64,000 nt of DNA from positions 161,388,001 to 161,452,000 of the forward strand of contig NC_058368.1 in the NCBI RefSeq assembly GCF_018350175.1, given 5' to 3'. How positions within the stretch are numbered: position 1 is the stretch's first letter; the number at the start of each line of letters is the position of its first letter. The position numbers and the translations under genes are program-made. The DNA is from Felis catus. Taxonomy: Eukaryota. A model generated the notes under the pieces. It had not been told where the DNA came from. It was given only the letters and a program-made list of their open reading frames with translations, and searched no databases. Shown one piece after another: positions 24,100 to 38,195 of this stretch.

Positions 24100-25195
24100 A
24101 ATTCCCTGCTTCCCATCCCTCCTCCAAAGGTTTTCTTGATTTGCTAGACACAGTCTGGGAGTAGTGTTATTTTACAGTAACTTCTATTAATCCAATCATA
24201 CATATTTCTACCTCAATTCCTCCTGGAGCAATTCATTATTGAATTATGGATGCGGGATTGGTAATGATATCTTTCCCATCTGGTTACTTACAAGAAGCTT
24301 GTCAAATCATAAGACATCAATAGGAATCACTCATTTTAGGCAAAAATAGGGAATACTTTCACTATTTAACATTTATATATTTTCTCACTGCCATTTATTT
24401 GGTAAATACTCTAGAGCACTTAAATTGTGTCAGTGGTGGGCCTTGTGGTGAGAATTAGCAGGGCTCAAGATGCGAGAAGTCTCTGCCTTTTTGGGACTCC
24501 ATTCTATGTGTTTATGCATCCTTGGAAAGTGGAATTTTCTCAACATGTACAAATTGTCCTGGTTTGGCATCATTTGTTCAGCTAGGTAGTATACATTGAA
24601 TGTTTTATACAAAGACTCAGAGCTTGGAAATATATTTAACAAGTATACATTCTTAAAGAATTGATATTCTTTGCACAGATGAAACTTAACCTTCCCAAAA
24701 TGTTTAGCCGTACACTTAAAATACTGTAAAATGTTAATTTGGCTTTGAGGTAAAATGCCAAAATGTCAAGGTGATTATGTATCAGTGATATACCAATCTC
24801 ATATGTCCAGGATCATTGAGAAATGAAGTTGATGGAGAACTTAGAGAAACTCTATGAGAGCAGAGGCAATTTACTTATTTTTCATCCAGGACTAAGCATA
24901 GTATTTGCACCCAGATATTTAATAAATGGAATAGGTTTGACTAGACTAAGAAAATAAATGTTTAGTTAGGGAAAATAGTCATTAGGTTTCTCAAAAGAAA
25001 TAACATCCCTCCCTCCCTCGAAGAAAGAAAGAAATGACATCCCTCATCTATCTCCTTATATATACTTTTCCTTTCCTGCTTCCTTCTAATATTAAAGAAT
25101 TAGGTTACTGCTTGTATCACTTACTATTTTGGTTGAAATAGTAGCCATAAAACATGGTTTCATGAAACAGCCCTGGCTAACTTAATCTAGAAGGA

Positions 25196-25197
25196 AT

Positions 25198-25236
<39 letters not shown>
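25196..25236. repeat. (ATTT)n microsatellite
   Basis: Direct reading. Confidence 0.95.
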
Positions 25237-25644
25237 TATCTCAAAAAGTCAAAGAGTAACTAAAGAATCAGGTTTGGATAATAGGTAGGAACTAAAAGCA
25301 GCTTAGGAGATAAGAACCCAAAACAGAAGTTTCTTTCCACCCTACTGTATAGATATGCAGTGGTTTTCACTTTTTTTGTCCCTCAGCTCAGGGACCGAAT
25401 TCCTTGGATGGAGAAATAAATTTGGCCTATCTTTTAGCAGAGATGGTAGCAATCCTAATATCTCACCAGACTATTGTGGTAGAGATACTACCAATAAAGG
25501 AATATGAGTGCAAACAGGAAAAAGATGCAGTCACCAAAAACAACAGATGTTTACCTCCCTTATCCATCTTTGCTCTAGGTTTCAAGGAGGAATATAAATA
25601 ATTCATACCCATCTTGCTAGATGTTTTTTAATCCAGCGGTTTAA

Positions 25645-25857
25645 AATTTTTTTTATCAGTTATTTATTTTTGAGAGAGAGACAGAGTGTGAGTGGGGGTG
25701 GGGCAGAGAGAGAGAGAGGGAGATACAGAATCTGAAGCAGGCTCCAGGCTCTGAGCTGTCAGCACAGAGTCCAATGCAGGGCTCAAATTCACGAGCTGCA
25801 AGATCATGACCCGAGCAGAAGTCAGATGCTTAACCAACTGAACCACCCAGGTGCCCC
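25645..25857 (-). mobile_element. CAN-SINE
   Basis: Antisense consensus; degenerate TSD taatcca.c.gtttaaa. Confidence 0.92.
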
Positions 25858-25964
25858 TAATCCATCAGTTTAAAGTGCCAGTTCTCATGCCTGGCTCAAA
25901 AAGTATACTGCAATTTTACCACCAGTCTGTAAAGTCACTACCTTCAAATTACTAAGTGTTCTTT

Positions 25965-26201
25965 TTTTTCTTATTTTTTTTTAATGTTTATTAACTTTTT
26001 GAGAGAGACACACACAGAGCATGAGCAGGGGAGGAGCAGAGAGAGACAGAGACAGAGACAGAGACAGAATATGAAACAGGCTCCAGGCTCTGAGTTGTCA
26101 GCACAGAACCCGACAAGGGGTTTGAACTCACGAACTGAACGGTGAGATCATGACCTAAGCCGAAGTCGGACCCCCAACTGACTGAACCACCCAGCCTCCC
26201 C
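25965..26201 (-). mobile_element. CAN-SINE
   Basis: Antisense consensus; TSD aagtgttcttt. Confidence 0.92.
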
Positions 26202-28603
26202 AAGTGTTCTTTATTCTACAAGGAGAGTCTTTATTCTGAACAGTTTGGCTGTATTTGTTATCATTTAGTTCTTGAGTAATTTTTCCTCTCCTGACTTCTG
26301 TTCCATTATGCTATCATGATCCCATTTCAGTGTAGCCTGATGGGAAGTCAGATTCCCTGAATTCTTATAGTAGCTTTTTATGAGAATACACTTGGTGTAT
26401 ATCCTTGGATGAGTTAAATGGCAACCCTAAGGTTTAGCTTAGGTGTTGCAAAATAGAGAAAATGATAGTATTTACCAGAAAGGATTGTGTGAAGAATCTC
26501 TACAAAACACTTAGCACAGTTCCTGGGGCATAATAACTGCTTAATGAATTTTAATAGTGATAACTATTATTTTTCTTCTTTCATTACTCTTTTCTGATCT
26601 CTTCCACTTGTCTTTTCTGTTTTCACCTGTAATAATCTTGGCTTTAGGGAATGCTTTTAAAACTATTTCTTCCCTCTGTTTTTGTTTTTTACATGTGATA
26701 ACAGGATTTTCTGTATTTAAGCAGTGTTCATCAGGTATGCAGTTCTGGGAGGCAAAAGCAATGAGGTTAATTTGTTGGGGGTATCTGGGCCAGGGCAATG
26801 CTTCCCAACCTTTTCCATGTCATGCCATACTTAGAAATTAATATCCATGTGGGGTAAATGCTTGAGACTATTTACCCTGATCTCTGTCCACCTTGAACCC
26901 TGATAGCAACCCAAGGGCTGAGGGTATTTTTGTTTTGGCACATCAGTAAGCCATTTTCATATGTGGCACAGTGGTTGGGGAGTGTTTGTAAAATAGTGAT
27001 GTATGTGACTATGCAAAGAAGTGGTTGGACAAGTTATTGTATGGGCCACGTTTAATTCCAGCCAAATCATTTCATGATTAAGTTTGAGTGACTATTATGT
27101 CACTTCATAAACTGTTCTGGGCATTGGATCTTAAAGGATAAGTAAGATGATATTGTTTCTCAAGGAGCTTAACATCTAGGATAAAGTAGATGGTTTTTGT
27201 GATAACACATTGAACTTTTAGGAGTATGTTGCAAGAGATCAAGCTAATTGGTGGGGCTGCTTGGAAATCTCATTCCCATAGACAAAACTACTTGGACAGT
27301 CACTTAATACAGCAAAAAATATTAAATTTGAATAGAAGGCTTGTTATTCCTAATCAACATGAACGATCTAAAAACTTTCCCTATAACTGAATCTACTTTT
27401 CAGTCGGCCTTTTCTCCTGGGATATGTTTTGGTCACTCTTAACAATCTCGGCTATGCTGTCAGGGAGAAGTATTGAATAGAAGAGAGAGGAGTATTCATT
27501 TAAGAATGTAATGTTGAAGTATATTTAGATATTAGTAATACGAAAAGAGCTAGTAGAAAAAGAAATATTGAAGTTAAAGGAAAGGAAGGTCCTTCAGAAA
27601 TCATGGAGAGAAAGAATCTGAATAAAACCAATGTGTAGGAATAGCGTGGGTGAGAAGGGAGAGATAACCTCCATTGAAATGTCCCTATTTTCACACCTTT
27701 CATTTCCTCCTCTGGTTGTTGAAGTCTGGTTTTACTTCTACCATTCTAAAAGTGTCCCTGCAGGGGATAATTAATAACCTTTTCACATCAGTTCATGGAC
27801 ACTTTTCCTGTCTTTCCTGTAGCACTCAATATTTTATCTCTTACTTCATCTTCTGATTTTCTTAACTCTTTCAATATTTGTTGTCCATGTTATCCATGAA
27901 CTTATTTCTCCAAGGACTCTTCTTCCTGCTCTTAGAATTCTTTTACACCTCTAATCTGAAGAACCGTCCATATCTTATTCATATTTATTCCCTAAAGACC
28001 CCACCCAGTTCCTGGAAGACAAAGACTTTATTAAATGTTTGTGGAAGAGAATGACTTTCACCTCTTTTATATTTGGGAATTTACTAGGTCCTTTCCTTAA
28101 CTCTGCAGTTAAGGAAAATGCAGTTAACTCTGCTTTCCTTAACTCTGCCCATGTGTTCTGAGTGATCCATCAAAAATTCACTTCTTTAAATACCACCTCT
28201 AATTTATTAACTGCCTCTGAGTTTCCATCATGTATAACCACCCAACTTTTACTGGATGTATGATTCAAACTCATAAAGTTAAAACTTGTAACCATCATTT
28301 TTGTCCCCAAACTTTTGCCTCCCTGTTCTCTAAAGGTAAATGGTATCACCATATACATAGTTTCTTGAACTAGAAACCTGAGCCATGCCAAGTCTCCCTT
28401 TTGTTTACCTTCTGCATCCACTCATAGAGTTTCATTTTCTAAATAGCTCTTGACTACATTACCACTTGGCCAGCTTCACTAATATCACGTTCCTTTAGGC
28501 TCATATCATTTGACTACTGGTGGTACTATTCTAACTTGTCTCTTCACTCCCAAGTATATCCGTCTTTCAACCTACATTCTAAACAGCTAGCATTCCTTTT
28601 GAA

Positions 28604-28822
28604 TGTTTTTTTTTTTTTTCAACATTCATTTATCTTTGGAACAGAGAGAGACAGAGCATGAATGGGGGAGGGGCAGAGAGAGAGGGAGACACAGAATCGG
28701 AAACAGGCTCCAGGCTCTGAGCCATCAGCCCAGAGCGCGAAGCGGGGCTCGAACTCACGGACCGCGAGATCGTGACCTGGCTGAAGTCCGACGCTTAACC
28801 GACTGCGCCACCCAGGCGCCCC
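28604..28822 (-). mobile_element. Young Felis-type CAN-SINE
   Basis: Perfect 18-bp TSD GCTAGCATTCCTTTTGAA at 28586-28603 and 28823-28840. Confidence 0.96.
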
Positions 28823-28883
28823 GCTAGCATTCCTTTTGAAGTGTAGATCCAATCATTCTCTGTGCTTATAATTTGTGCTTTAT

Positions 28884-29078
28884 GGCTGTGCAATATGGTA
28901 GCCAACTACATGTGGCTTTAAAAACTTGAGTAAATTAGAATTAAATTCTATTTGTTGGATGCACTAGCCGCATTTCACAGATCAATAATCACATGAGTGT
29001 ATTGGCTACCATATTGGACTGCACAGTGTAGGATATTTCCATCATTGCAGAAAGTTCTGTTGGGCATTGTTATTCTAT
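28884..29078. mobile_element. MER3/MER33-like hAT element
   Basis: aatatggtagcca..tacatgtggct...gcactagcc.catttca...ctaccatattggac...gcagaaagttct. Confidence 0.65.
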
Positions 29079-29319
29079 GGCATCTGATGGGATAAGGTTC
29101 ATATTCCTCAGCTTAGCATGTAAGGTCCTCCTCAATCTTGTTTTCATCATTTTCCATGTATATCTTGTGTTCTAGTCTCAAATGGGCCATATTTTTATGG
29201 AAATGTATTTTTCAAACAAAGAGATTGCATGCATTCTTTGTTTTATCTAACATTTCTTTTAAGATGGAAATAAAACATCAGCTGTATCAAAAACCCTTTG
29301 TGGTGCCAGACCCCTTTGT

Positions 29320-29490
29320 TGTCTTAGCTCATTCAGGGTGCTATCACAAAGGTACCACAGACCATGTGGCTTATAAACAACAGACACTTATTTCTCACAA
29401 TTCTTGATGCTGGAAGTCCAACATCATGGTACTGACATTTTTGGGACCTGGCTAAGGCTTAGTTTTTGATTCATAAACAGTGTCTCCTAG
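29320..29490 (-). mobile_element. MaLR LTR fragment
   Basis: tgtcttag...gctatcacaaa..taccacagac...ttataaacaacagacacttatttctcaca...gctggaagtcca. Confidence 0.65.
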
Positions 29491-29504
29491 CTGATTTTAT
29501 TGAT

Positions 29505-29725
29505 TCTTTTAATTTTTTTAAATGTTTATTTGTTTTTGAGAGACAGAGAGAGACAGAGCATGAGTGGGGGAGTGGCAGAGAGAGAAGGAGACACGGAATC
29601 CGAAGTAGGCTCCAGACTCTGAGCTGTCAGCACAGAGCCCAACACAGGGCTTGAACTCACAAACTGTAAGATCATGACCTGAGCCAAAGTCAGATGCTTA
29701 ACTGACTCAGCCACCCAGGTGCCCC
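29505..29725 (-). mobile_element. CAN-SINE
   Basis: Antisense consensus. Confidence 0.92.
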
Positions 29726-30483
29726 ACTTCACATATTTTCTGTACTTGAAGAGCTGTGGACTCAGCATCTGTGGCTGTGCAGAAAAGTCAATTGGGGCCC
29801 TTTAAAATACATAAATATTTGTATATATTTATTCAAGATAATATTCATTACATATATCTAAGATAAATGCAGTAATCAGGATGAGTTGTATAAGTGTAAC
29901 TGGGAGATGCATTTTCTGGTAACTAAGAAAGTTTGGATTTGGGACATACAGGAGAAACTGAATTGAGAAGCATCTTGTTAGTTATAATGGAATTTTTCTG
30001 AAAATAAAATAATCAACAAATAGAATTATGAAACTTTAGTGCTAATATGCAGATGGTATATTCCAGTATACTCCTCCAGTATATTTGGACCAATTGTTAC
30101 AGCCATTGTCTGTCTTGATTAGTTGATTCTACGTCTTGCAGTTGTTAAATAGCTGAATATCTAGAATACAACCTCTGCTTTTCCTTCTCTTCAGAGTTTG
30201 AGTTGTTTTGTCCATTGCCCTTGTTGGTATTTATCTTCTATATTACAGCATTTGCCTTTAACTTTATTTTTGATACTGTCAACTTCATGTTTTTAATTTA
30301 ATTTGTCTTTTCTCAAATATGAGAAAGACAATAAAAAGTTAAAGTTGGGTTGCAAGGTATGTCTTGATAAGTTGCATTGCTCAGTATCGATGTAAAACAT
30401 AGCATGAAAAATACCTCAATCATAAATTTGGAATCTTATAGTAATTAAAATCATTTTCCTAAGAAATCATTTAGGTTTTTCCA

Positions 30484-30608
30484 GGGCGCCTGGGTGGCTC
30501 AGTCAGTTAAATGACTGACTCTTGATTTTGGCTCAGGTCACGATCTCATGGTTCGTGAATTTGAGTCCCGTGTTGGGCTCTGTACTGGCAGCGTGGAGCC
30601 TGCTTGGG

Positions 30609-30655
<47 letters not shown>

Positions 30656-30729
30656 TTCTCTCCTACTCTCTCTACCCCTCCCCTGCTTGTGTTCCTCTCT
30701 CTCTCACAATAAATAAAACATTTTAAAAT
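30484..30729 (+). mobile_element. CAN-SINE with expanded (CT)n
   Basis: Sense consensus; TSD aaatcatttaggttttt. Confidence 0.93.
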
Positions 30730-31244
30730 AAATCATTTAGGTTTTTACTAGTTATTTTTCAGAGATATTTACTGTTAATTTCTTTCATATTATTTTTTTT
30801 TCTATACCAATAAATAGGCATAGACTTGGCAATTCTCAGAATAACATGAAGATACTGAGTCTACTTAAGAGATAATGTTATTCCTTTGAGGTGGCCAAAC
30901 TGTGTTATGTTTTTCTAAAGTAAAAATGCACTGTGGCTTGTCTCTAGTTTATATTATAATTTTATTTATTCACTGATTTTCTCAGTAATAAGACAAAAGG
31001 TGAAAAATAAACTTTTGTACTGGCTAACGTACGTACATACAAATGTGTACATGTGTACTATTCCATGTAGGCTTCTACTCCTCTTTTATACTCAAGCCTG
31101 TAAATATCAATTCATGTTAGCAATACTATATTTTGAATAATTATAATCCTATGTTATCAATTATATCCTTTTTCTTTTCATTAGGCACATTAGACATATA
31201 GTTCATATTAGTTCATGTATGTTTATGCAGAACTTTCATAGAAA

Positions 31245-31458
31245 TTTTTTTAATTTTTTTTTTTTTTTATTTGGGAGAGTACACGAGCACATATGAGCTG
31301 TGGGAAGGGGCAGAAAGGGGGGAGAGAGAGAATCCCAAGCAGGCTTCATGCTGTCAATGCAAAGCCCCACATGGGGCTCCATCTCACGAACCATGGGATC
31401 ATGACTTGAGCTGAAATCAAGAGCTGGATTCTTAACCAACTGAGCCACCCAGACACCA
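31245..31458 (-). mobile_element. CAN-SINE
   Basis: Antisense consensus. Confidence 0.9.
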
Positions 31459-34400
31459 CTATAAAGTTTTTTTTTTAAATCAACATTATATTACTTTATC
31501 CTCACCTCTTATGTAGATGATTTTACAGATACTGGAATGCATTTGAGAGTCTGAATATTTTAATCAGGGTACCATAGCTTATGCTGAGATAATAAACAGT
31601 CTCAGTTCCAATGACTTAATGGAATAAAAGTTTATTTCTCCCTTATGAAAATGCAGCTGCAGGCCTGGGCTCTCCTCCAGGACAGTTGTCCTCTGCATAG
31701 CAACTCAGCAGTTTGGCTGACTTTGATCTTAGGGTTTTGCCCTTTCAACCTAAGCCCGCTACACTGTCAGACCTTGGTAAAAGAGACTAAAGAATGCCCA
31801 GGGGCTTTGATTGCCTCTGCCTGGAAAGTAGCCTAACTGAATGATGAGCTGGGAAGTGACAAAGTGAGAGAGAGTGTGTGTGTGTTCCAGATTTGATGAG
31901 CCCTAGTAATGTCTGCCATATAAAGTGATATATCAAAGGTCATTGAGCTACAAAGTATCCAAGTTCCTGCAGAATCCAGAGTTTGAATTCTATTTTTGGT
32001 GTTCCTTCTATATTGCACAGCAGTTTTTGAAGTGATTGATTGATCACTTTTTCATTGGGATGAATTTGTATTTTACAGAACAGGAAAACAAATTCTTAAT
32101 GATACTGAAAATAATAAACAATTAAATAACGCTTTTGCAGTTAGCTTAGTCTGTACTATTTCCCAATGTTTTCTTACCCATAGGATACATTATAATGGAT
32201 GCACATTGATCCCCACTGGAAAATTATCCTAACTCTTTTTTTTTTTTTAACTATACTAACTCTTGAGAAAGAGTTAATCTCCATCGCAGCTTCAAATTGC
32301 CTCATGTTCATTTTTGCCCATAGTTGCATGTGTTTTCTTCTACATTGACTCCCTAAAGAGTATTCTGATTGGCTTATCTTTATGGGCTAGGCAACATCAT
32401 GGGTCACAATCCCTTCTAGAGATTGACTGATAGCCCTTGAAAAAAAGTATCTATCCTAGGATAGTTTTAGTTATGGCTGAGAGTAGGGGACTTTTGCACA
32501 GTAGAATATACCATTAACTGTTGTTACTCGTTCAAAAAAGCTTGTAGGCAAAGTAATTTTTTCTTAGGATAGGGACAGCAGACATGACAGGTCTTATGAT
32601 AGCAGGACTTGTTCTAATATTAGAGCTCCATCTTTTTTAGTGGTAGAGGCTGGCTATACTTCCACTGAAACCTAGCACTCTGAGGAGTCCAATTTAAGAA
32701 CTGTTGTGTTCATGAATTTGGGCTGCTCAGTCTCTGAGGAGAGAAAAAACTGAAAAGGTTTGGATGATCTAGATGGAGCTGAGACTACTGAATTCCTGGA
32801 AAAACAAGGGTAGAATGAAAGTGAAAAGTTTTAGTGGGCTTATTATGTGGCACTGATTTTTTATCGAACTCTGCTAAGAAAAAAAGGTGAGTAATATATT
32901 CAGAATGGAGGGATTGGTAATAGAACCTACCTAAAAGATTCTTAAAAAAGAATAACATCAGAAGGAAATACACATCTGAGTTATGGAAGATTGTCAGCCC
33001 ATCTCAGAGAAGCTAAGATGCTAGGTGCCCTGATCAGTTAGGAGGTTTTTACCTGTAGGTAATAAAATGCCAGTTAAAAGTGACTTTAAAATAAGGACAT
33101 ATTTTGGTGGTGGTGTTATTTGCTTGTCATGAATATGAACAAGGCTCAGACATGGTTCTGTGATTTTGTGATAGCATCAAGAATTCTGGGTTTTTCCATC
33201 CTTGTCTCTTCATAAGATGGCTACCTCAGCTTTAAGCATTCTGTTCTCACACAGTAGTGTTTCAAACACAAAAAAGAAGGGGGCCTTTCCCAGAAACCAC
33301 ACTGCTAGAGTCAGCCCCTTCTATCTCATTTGTCTGAACTGCTTTATCTGCTCAGCCCTAAACAATGACTGGCAAAAGGAAAATTATATTTCCATGATAG
33401 GTTTACACCAATTATTATGATCATTATGTATCTCTTAGGGCTGGGCCCAATTGCTCTGTAAACAAAATCATGATTCTGTTAAAGCAAAGTAGGGTTTCCT
33501 TTTGGATAAACAAAAGGCAGATTCTGTTTCTGTGATCAGAACTAAGAGATGGCCTTACCAAAACATAAATGTACTTGTTAATGCAAGTAGCTACTGGGTT
33601 ATTAGTTTTACTGCAAAAGGATGAACCAGAAAATGCAGTTCACTAAAATAATATGTTCATTTTGGCATAGTGTGAGATAATTATATTAGGGATCAGAAGA
33701 CTGTTTTGGTAACTGATTTTGTGACCTTGTTTAAAATTACTTTGATTCATTAGGAAGACAGTCTTGCTTAATGTTTTAAGATCCCAGACTCAGGAGCCAA
33801 ATTGCCTGTGTTTGAATCCTAGCTCTACCATTTACTATCTCAAGTTTAATTTTTTCCAAGTCCTGCTTTTCTATGTATAAAATGAAGGTACTTATAGGAT
33901 TGTTGTGAGGATTATATCAGGTAATTCTTGTAAGCTGCGTAGCTCACTGCCTGTCATATGTGCAGACCGGGTAAATGTTAACCTTACTAGTGATTTTGTA
34001 TGTCTAGAGTTGTAATATATTTTGGGGTTTTTACTCTGTTTTTTTGATACCTCTTCACACCATTCTTTATACATGTAGTATTTGACCTCCTAAAATACCT
34101 ATGATCACCAAGACGTTAGGACTGGCAAGATTATTAGAGACAGGGTGGGAGCTGAGGAGATTGTAAGAGAAATCCACTAGAGGGGTTGGTCTTAGAGTGG
34201 GAGGTGTAATAGGATGAACTTTGTAAATGCTGAGTTGTAAATAGTACTTTAAAGTTAGTTGGGGAATAATTCCATGCTGAATTCTTAGAAGTGGAGGTCA
34301 GAAGAATTTATCAAGCCTCACATCCCAAGTTTTAGTGCCAGGAAAAGAACACTAGGATATCCATGTAAAGACCAAGGCAAGAAATGAACAAGGGAGCTAT

Positions 34401-36157
34401 GTGCTATGCACTTACTACATGACATGTCCTAGCTAAGCTATATGATACTTATTTAGGATTTACTTCACCTGGGGCTATCTACCATTATAACATAAAATAG
34501 GAGACAAGTCTAAACACAGGAACTGATTGTATGTGCTAAATTACAGGGAGCTGGGTGAGAAGAGATCAGAGAAAATAGTGCAGTATCCTAAACATAGATG
34601 AACATGCATTTGATCTTTTTTAACTTTTAGGTGTTAGCAGTGAACATTTTACTGGAGATAAAGAATGGCAGGATACTTTGTTGAGGGAATCTTCTATTTA
34701 GTGCTGCACTTGGTCAAGGTCATGATAGTGACAGAGCTTGGTAGCTGATAGGCCAATAGAGAGGACCCAATTATAATTATGAAAGGAAGCCAAAAGAATT
34801 TTTAAAAAGCACCATAGTCTGAGAACTTCAACATGGGGTCAATTGCTCCTGAGAGCATTATTTTACAGCAAAATGGAATAATCATAATAATATTGAGACA
34901 TCTAAAATAGTAGAATTAGCTCATTTTATCCTATATAATAGGGTAGAGATATTGTTAGCATTGGATATATCTCCATGTAGAATGCAGAGAATTTAAAAGA
35001 AAATAAGGAAAAAGTCAGTTTGGCTTTGAATGGATAAACTTCAATTATTTAGAATCTAAATGAAGTATAACCACACATTACAACATGGTAATTTTACATA
35101 CCCAAAAGATGAAAATGAAACTACTCAGTACAGGTTGCAAGCTGAATACTAGTGGTTCTTGTTTGGATAGCGTATGAGAATCACCCGGGCTCAACTTAAA
35201 ACATCCTAAATGAGTATCTAAGAAGTCCTGGAGTGAGTGCATGTTTGATATGTTTAATTATTCTAGTCCTTTCCCCCCTCCCCTCTGAGCCAGAAGGCTG
35301 TTATGTGTATTCTGATTTAACAATTGGCTAACTCCTATAGGTTTTGGTATAATTTTGGAGATGATGTTCTTTTCAGGCTTCTCTTACCCCAGAGGTGATG
35401 ATTAACATATAAAATTGTAGGTTTTGTTGGTACACATAGAAAATGCAATATATATGTGAATCCATATATTTTAGTTTGACGGATAGTAGGCATCTGCTTT
35501 ATGCCATTCCCTGTGTGCTGTGGTTATCACGGTGAGCAAAAACAAATTTACTTCCTGCTCCCCTGAAATTAAATCTAGTAGGGAACACAAATAGTTTACA
35601 CAAAAGAGTATACAAGTATATCATTAATAAATACTTCAAAGGACATGTACCAGGGGTGCTATGGAAGCCAGTACTAGGTGTTTATGTATGACCTAGTTAG
35701 GTAGATTAAGGAAGACTTCTCTAAGGAAGTGATAACTGAGCTGGAGCTGAAACATGAATAGGCATTAACTCAGCAACAGTGTGGTGTGTGGGGAAGAGTA
35801 TGAGGCCAATGACAGAGCACGTATGGCCATTATATGGGAATGAGTTAGAAGGCTTTGTGGATGGGGTGCAGAAGGTGAAGCAGAATGTAGAGTAAACAGC
35901 AAGGTGAGGCTAGCAACGTAAGTTAGGAGCCATGCTGTGTTGGACTTTATAGGCCGTATTACACAATCATCACTGCTAAGCTAAAGGAAATTGTTGGAGA
36001 TTTTAGAAAATGGAGGGAATGTTAGTGGGTGGCCAGGTAGATAGTGCTATGGTTATTAAACTATTTTAATAGTCAAGGCAATTGGTGATAGCAGTGGTGA
36101 AGACCGTAAGTGGATTTCAATAATTCTCAGGAAGTACAATCAATAGGACTTTGTGAT

Positions 36158-37272
36158 TGTGACAGCCATGAAGCTACACTGAATAGACTTCCCTTTAAGA
36201 GACCCTGCTGTAGGAGGCATAGTTGACCAACAACTTCCAGCTGCCACAGCTTTGGATCCATCATTGCATCCATGCCAGAGCCGTAATTCTTAGGCCTTTT
36301 CCAACCAGTGACTGACTGTGGCTAAATCTGGCATCCTGATTAACAGAGGACTCCCTCCTCTAATGGACAGCCTTTGTGTGAGGACATCCCATTGTCCTGG
36401 TCAAAGCTTTCTCATAATTGCATTATTGTCTACTGCTCTTCCTAACCAATTATGCTTCTTTTCCACTCTCTTGCACAGGTCTAAGGCCTGCATTAGCCTT
36501 TGTAGGATCTCCTATTCTCTCCATCTGTCCTTCAGAGGCCTTCCCCCTAATAAATCTCCTCTACTCTATTAATTAACAGACTTGTATCCTTCTGAAGGCT
36601 ATGAGGGAATATTCTGAACTGAATGTTTATTTACCCCCAAATTAATATGTGACTATATTTGAAGATGGGATAAAAGTAAAATGAGGTCGTAAGGACAGTG
36701 CCCTCATCCAGTAGGGCAGGTGCATCTTATAAGAAAAGGAAGAAATACAAGAGCTCTCTCCCTGTACACACAAAGAAGAGATCATGTGGGCACACAGTGA
36801 AATAGCAGCTGCCCACAAGCCAAGAGAAGAAGCCTCAGAATGAAACCTACCTTGCTCATACCTTGATGACTCTAAAATAGTAACAAATAAATTTCCATTG
36901 TTTAAGCAATTAATTTTATGGTATTTCATTATGGTAGCCTGAGCAGATTAATATATGGAAGGTTGTTCCAGATTTCTCTCCTTGACTCTTCATCTTCACT
37001 TGGAAGTCTGTCTCCAAATTTCATCTTCTTTGTTCTCTTTTCTTTCTTTCTTTCTTTTTTTTTTTTTTTTTTGACAATAGTCACACTGGATTAGGGCCCA
37101 TTCTAAATGACTTTAACTTAATTGACTAGTTAAGACTCTATCTTCAAATAAAGTCACATTCTCAGGATCTAGGAGTTAGGATTTCAACATATGAATTTGG
37201 AGACACAGTTCAAGCCATAACATAGTCTTATCTCTTGTTGGTGTCTACTTCTTGAAGAACTTGAAGTGATAA
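36158..37272. mobile_element. Nested LTRs: LTR16-like (ERVL) host containing an MLT1 (-) that contains an MLT1 (+)
   Basis: LTR16-like halves at 36158-36570 and 37224-37272; MLT1(-) at ~36575-36610 and 36955-37222; MLT1(+) at ~36612-36953. Confidence 0.55.
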
Positions 37273-37550
37273 CTGATGGATTCGGTTTTGGCAATGGGAT
37301 ATGGAAATGAGAGACAGGTCAGATAAAAGTATTTTTATAATATGTTATATATCCAATTGAGTTGGATTTCTTGATAAATTATAAGCGGCTAAATTGTGGC
37401 TCACTAATTTTTATTTGTATTATGTTACAATGGCAAAGTAATCAGTTTCAAAATCATTCTTGGTCACTGATTTACTTTTTTGCCAAAAATAGTGAAGTCA
37501 AAAATTTTGTAGTAGTTGTACATTTACTTATTAGGAATTACTCTGCTTGC

Positions 37551-38195
37551 TGGTGCGCCTAGGTGGCTCACTCGGTTAAGTATCTGACTTTGGCTCAGGT
37601 CATGATCTCATGGTCCATGAGTTAGAGCCCGGCGTCGGGCTCTGTGCTGACAGCTCACAGCCTGGAGCCTGCTTCGGATTCTGTGTTTCCCTTTCTCTCT
37701 GCTCCTCCCTGGCTCATGCTCTGTCTCCCTCTGTCTCTCAAAAATAAATAAACGTATAAAAAAACTAAAAAAAAAAAAAATTACTCTGCTTGGGCACCTG
37801 GGTGGCTCATTCGGTTAAGCATCTGACTTGGGCTCAGGTCATCATCTTGCGGTTTGTGAGTTTGAGCCCTGCATTGGCTCTGGTTGACAACTCAGAACTT
37901 GGGGTCTGCTTCAGATCCTGTGTCTCCCTCTCTCTTTGCCCCTCCCTCCCTCCCTCTCTCTCTCTCTCAAAAATAAACATTAAATTAAAAAAAAAAATTT
38001 TTAATGTTTATTTCTGAGACAGAGAGCATGAGTGGGGGAGGGGCAGAGAGAGAGAGGGAGACACAGGATCTGAAGCAGGCTCCAGGCTCTGAGCTGTCAG
38101 CACAGACCCCAACATGGGGCTTGAACCCACAAACCATAAGATCATGACCTGAGCTGAACTCGTTTGCTCAACTGAGTGAGTCACCCAGGCGCCCC
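37551..38195. mobile_element. Cluster of three CAN-SINEs (+ 37551-37780, + 37791-37997, - 37998-38195)
   Basis: Two sense copies followed by an abutting antisense copy; aattactc flanks recur. Confidence 0.92.
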
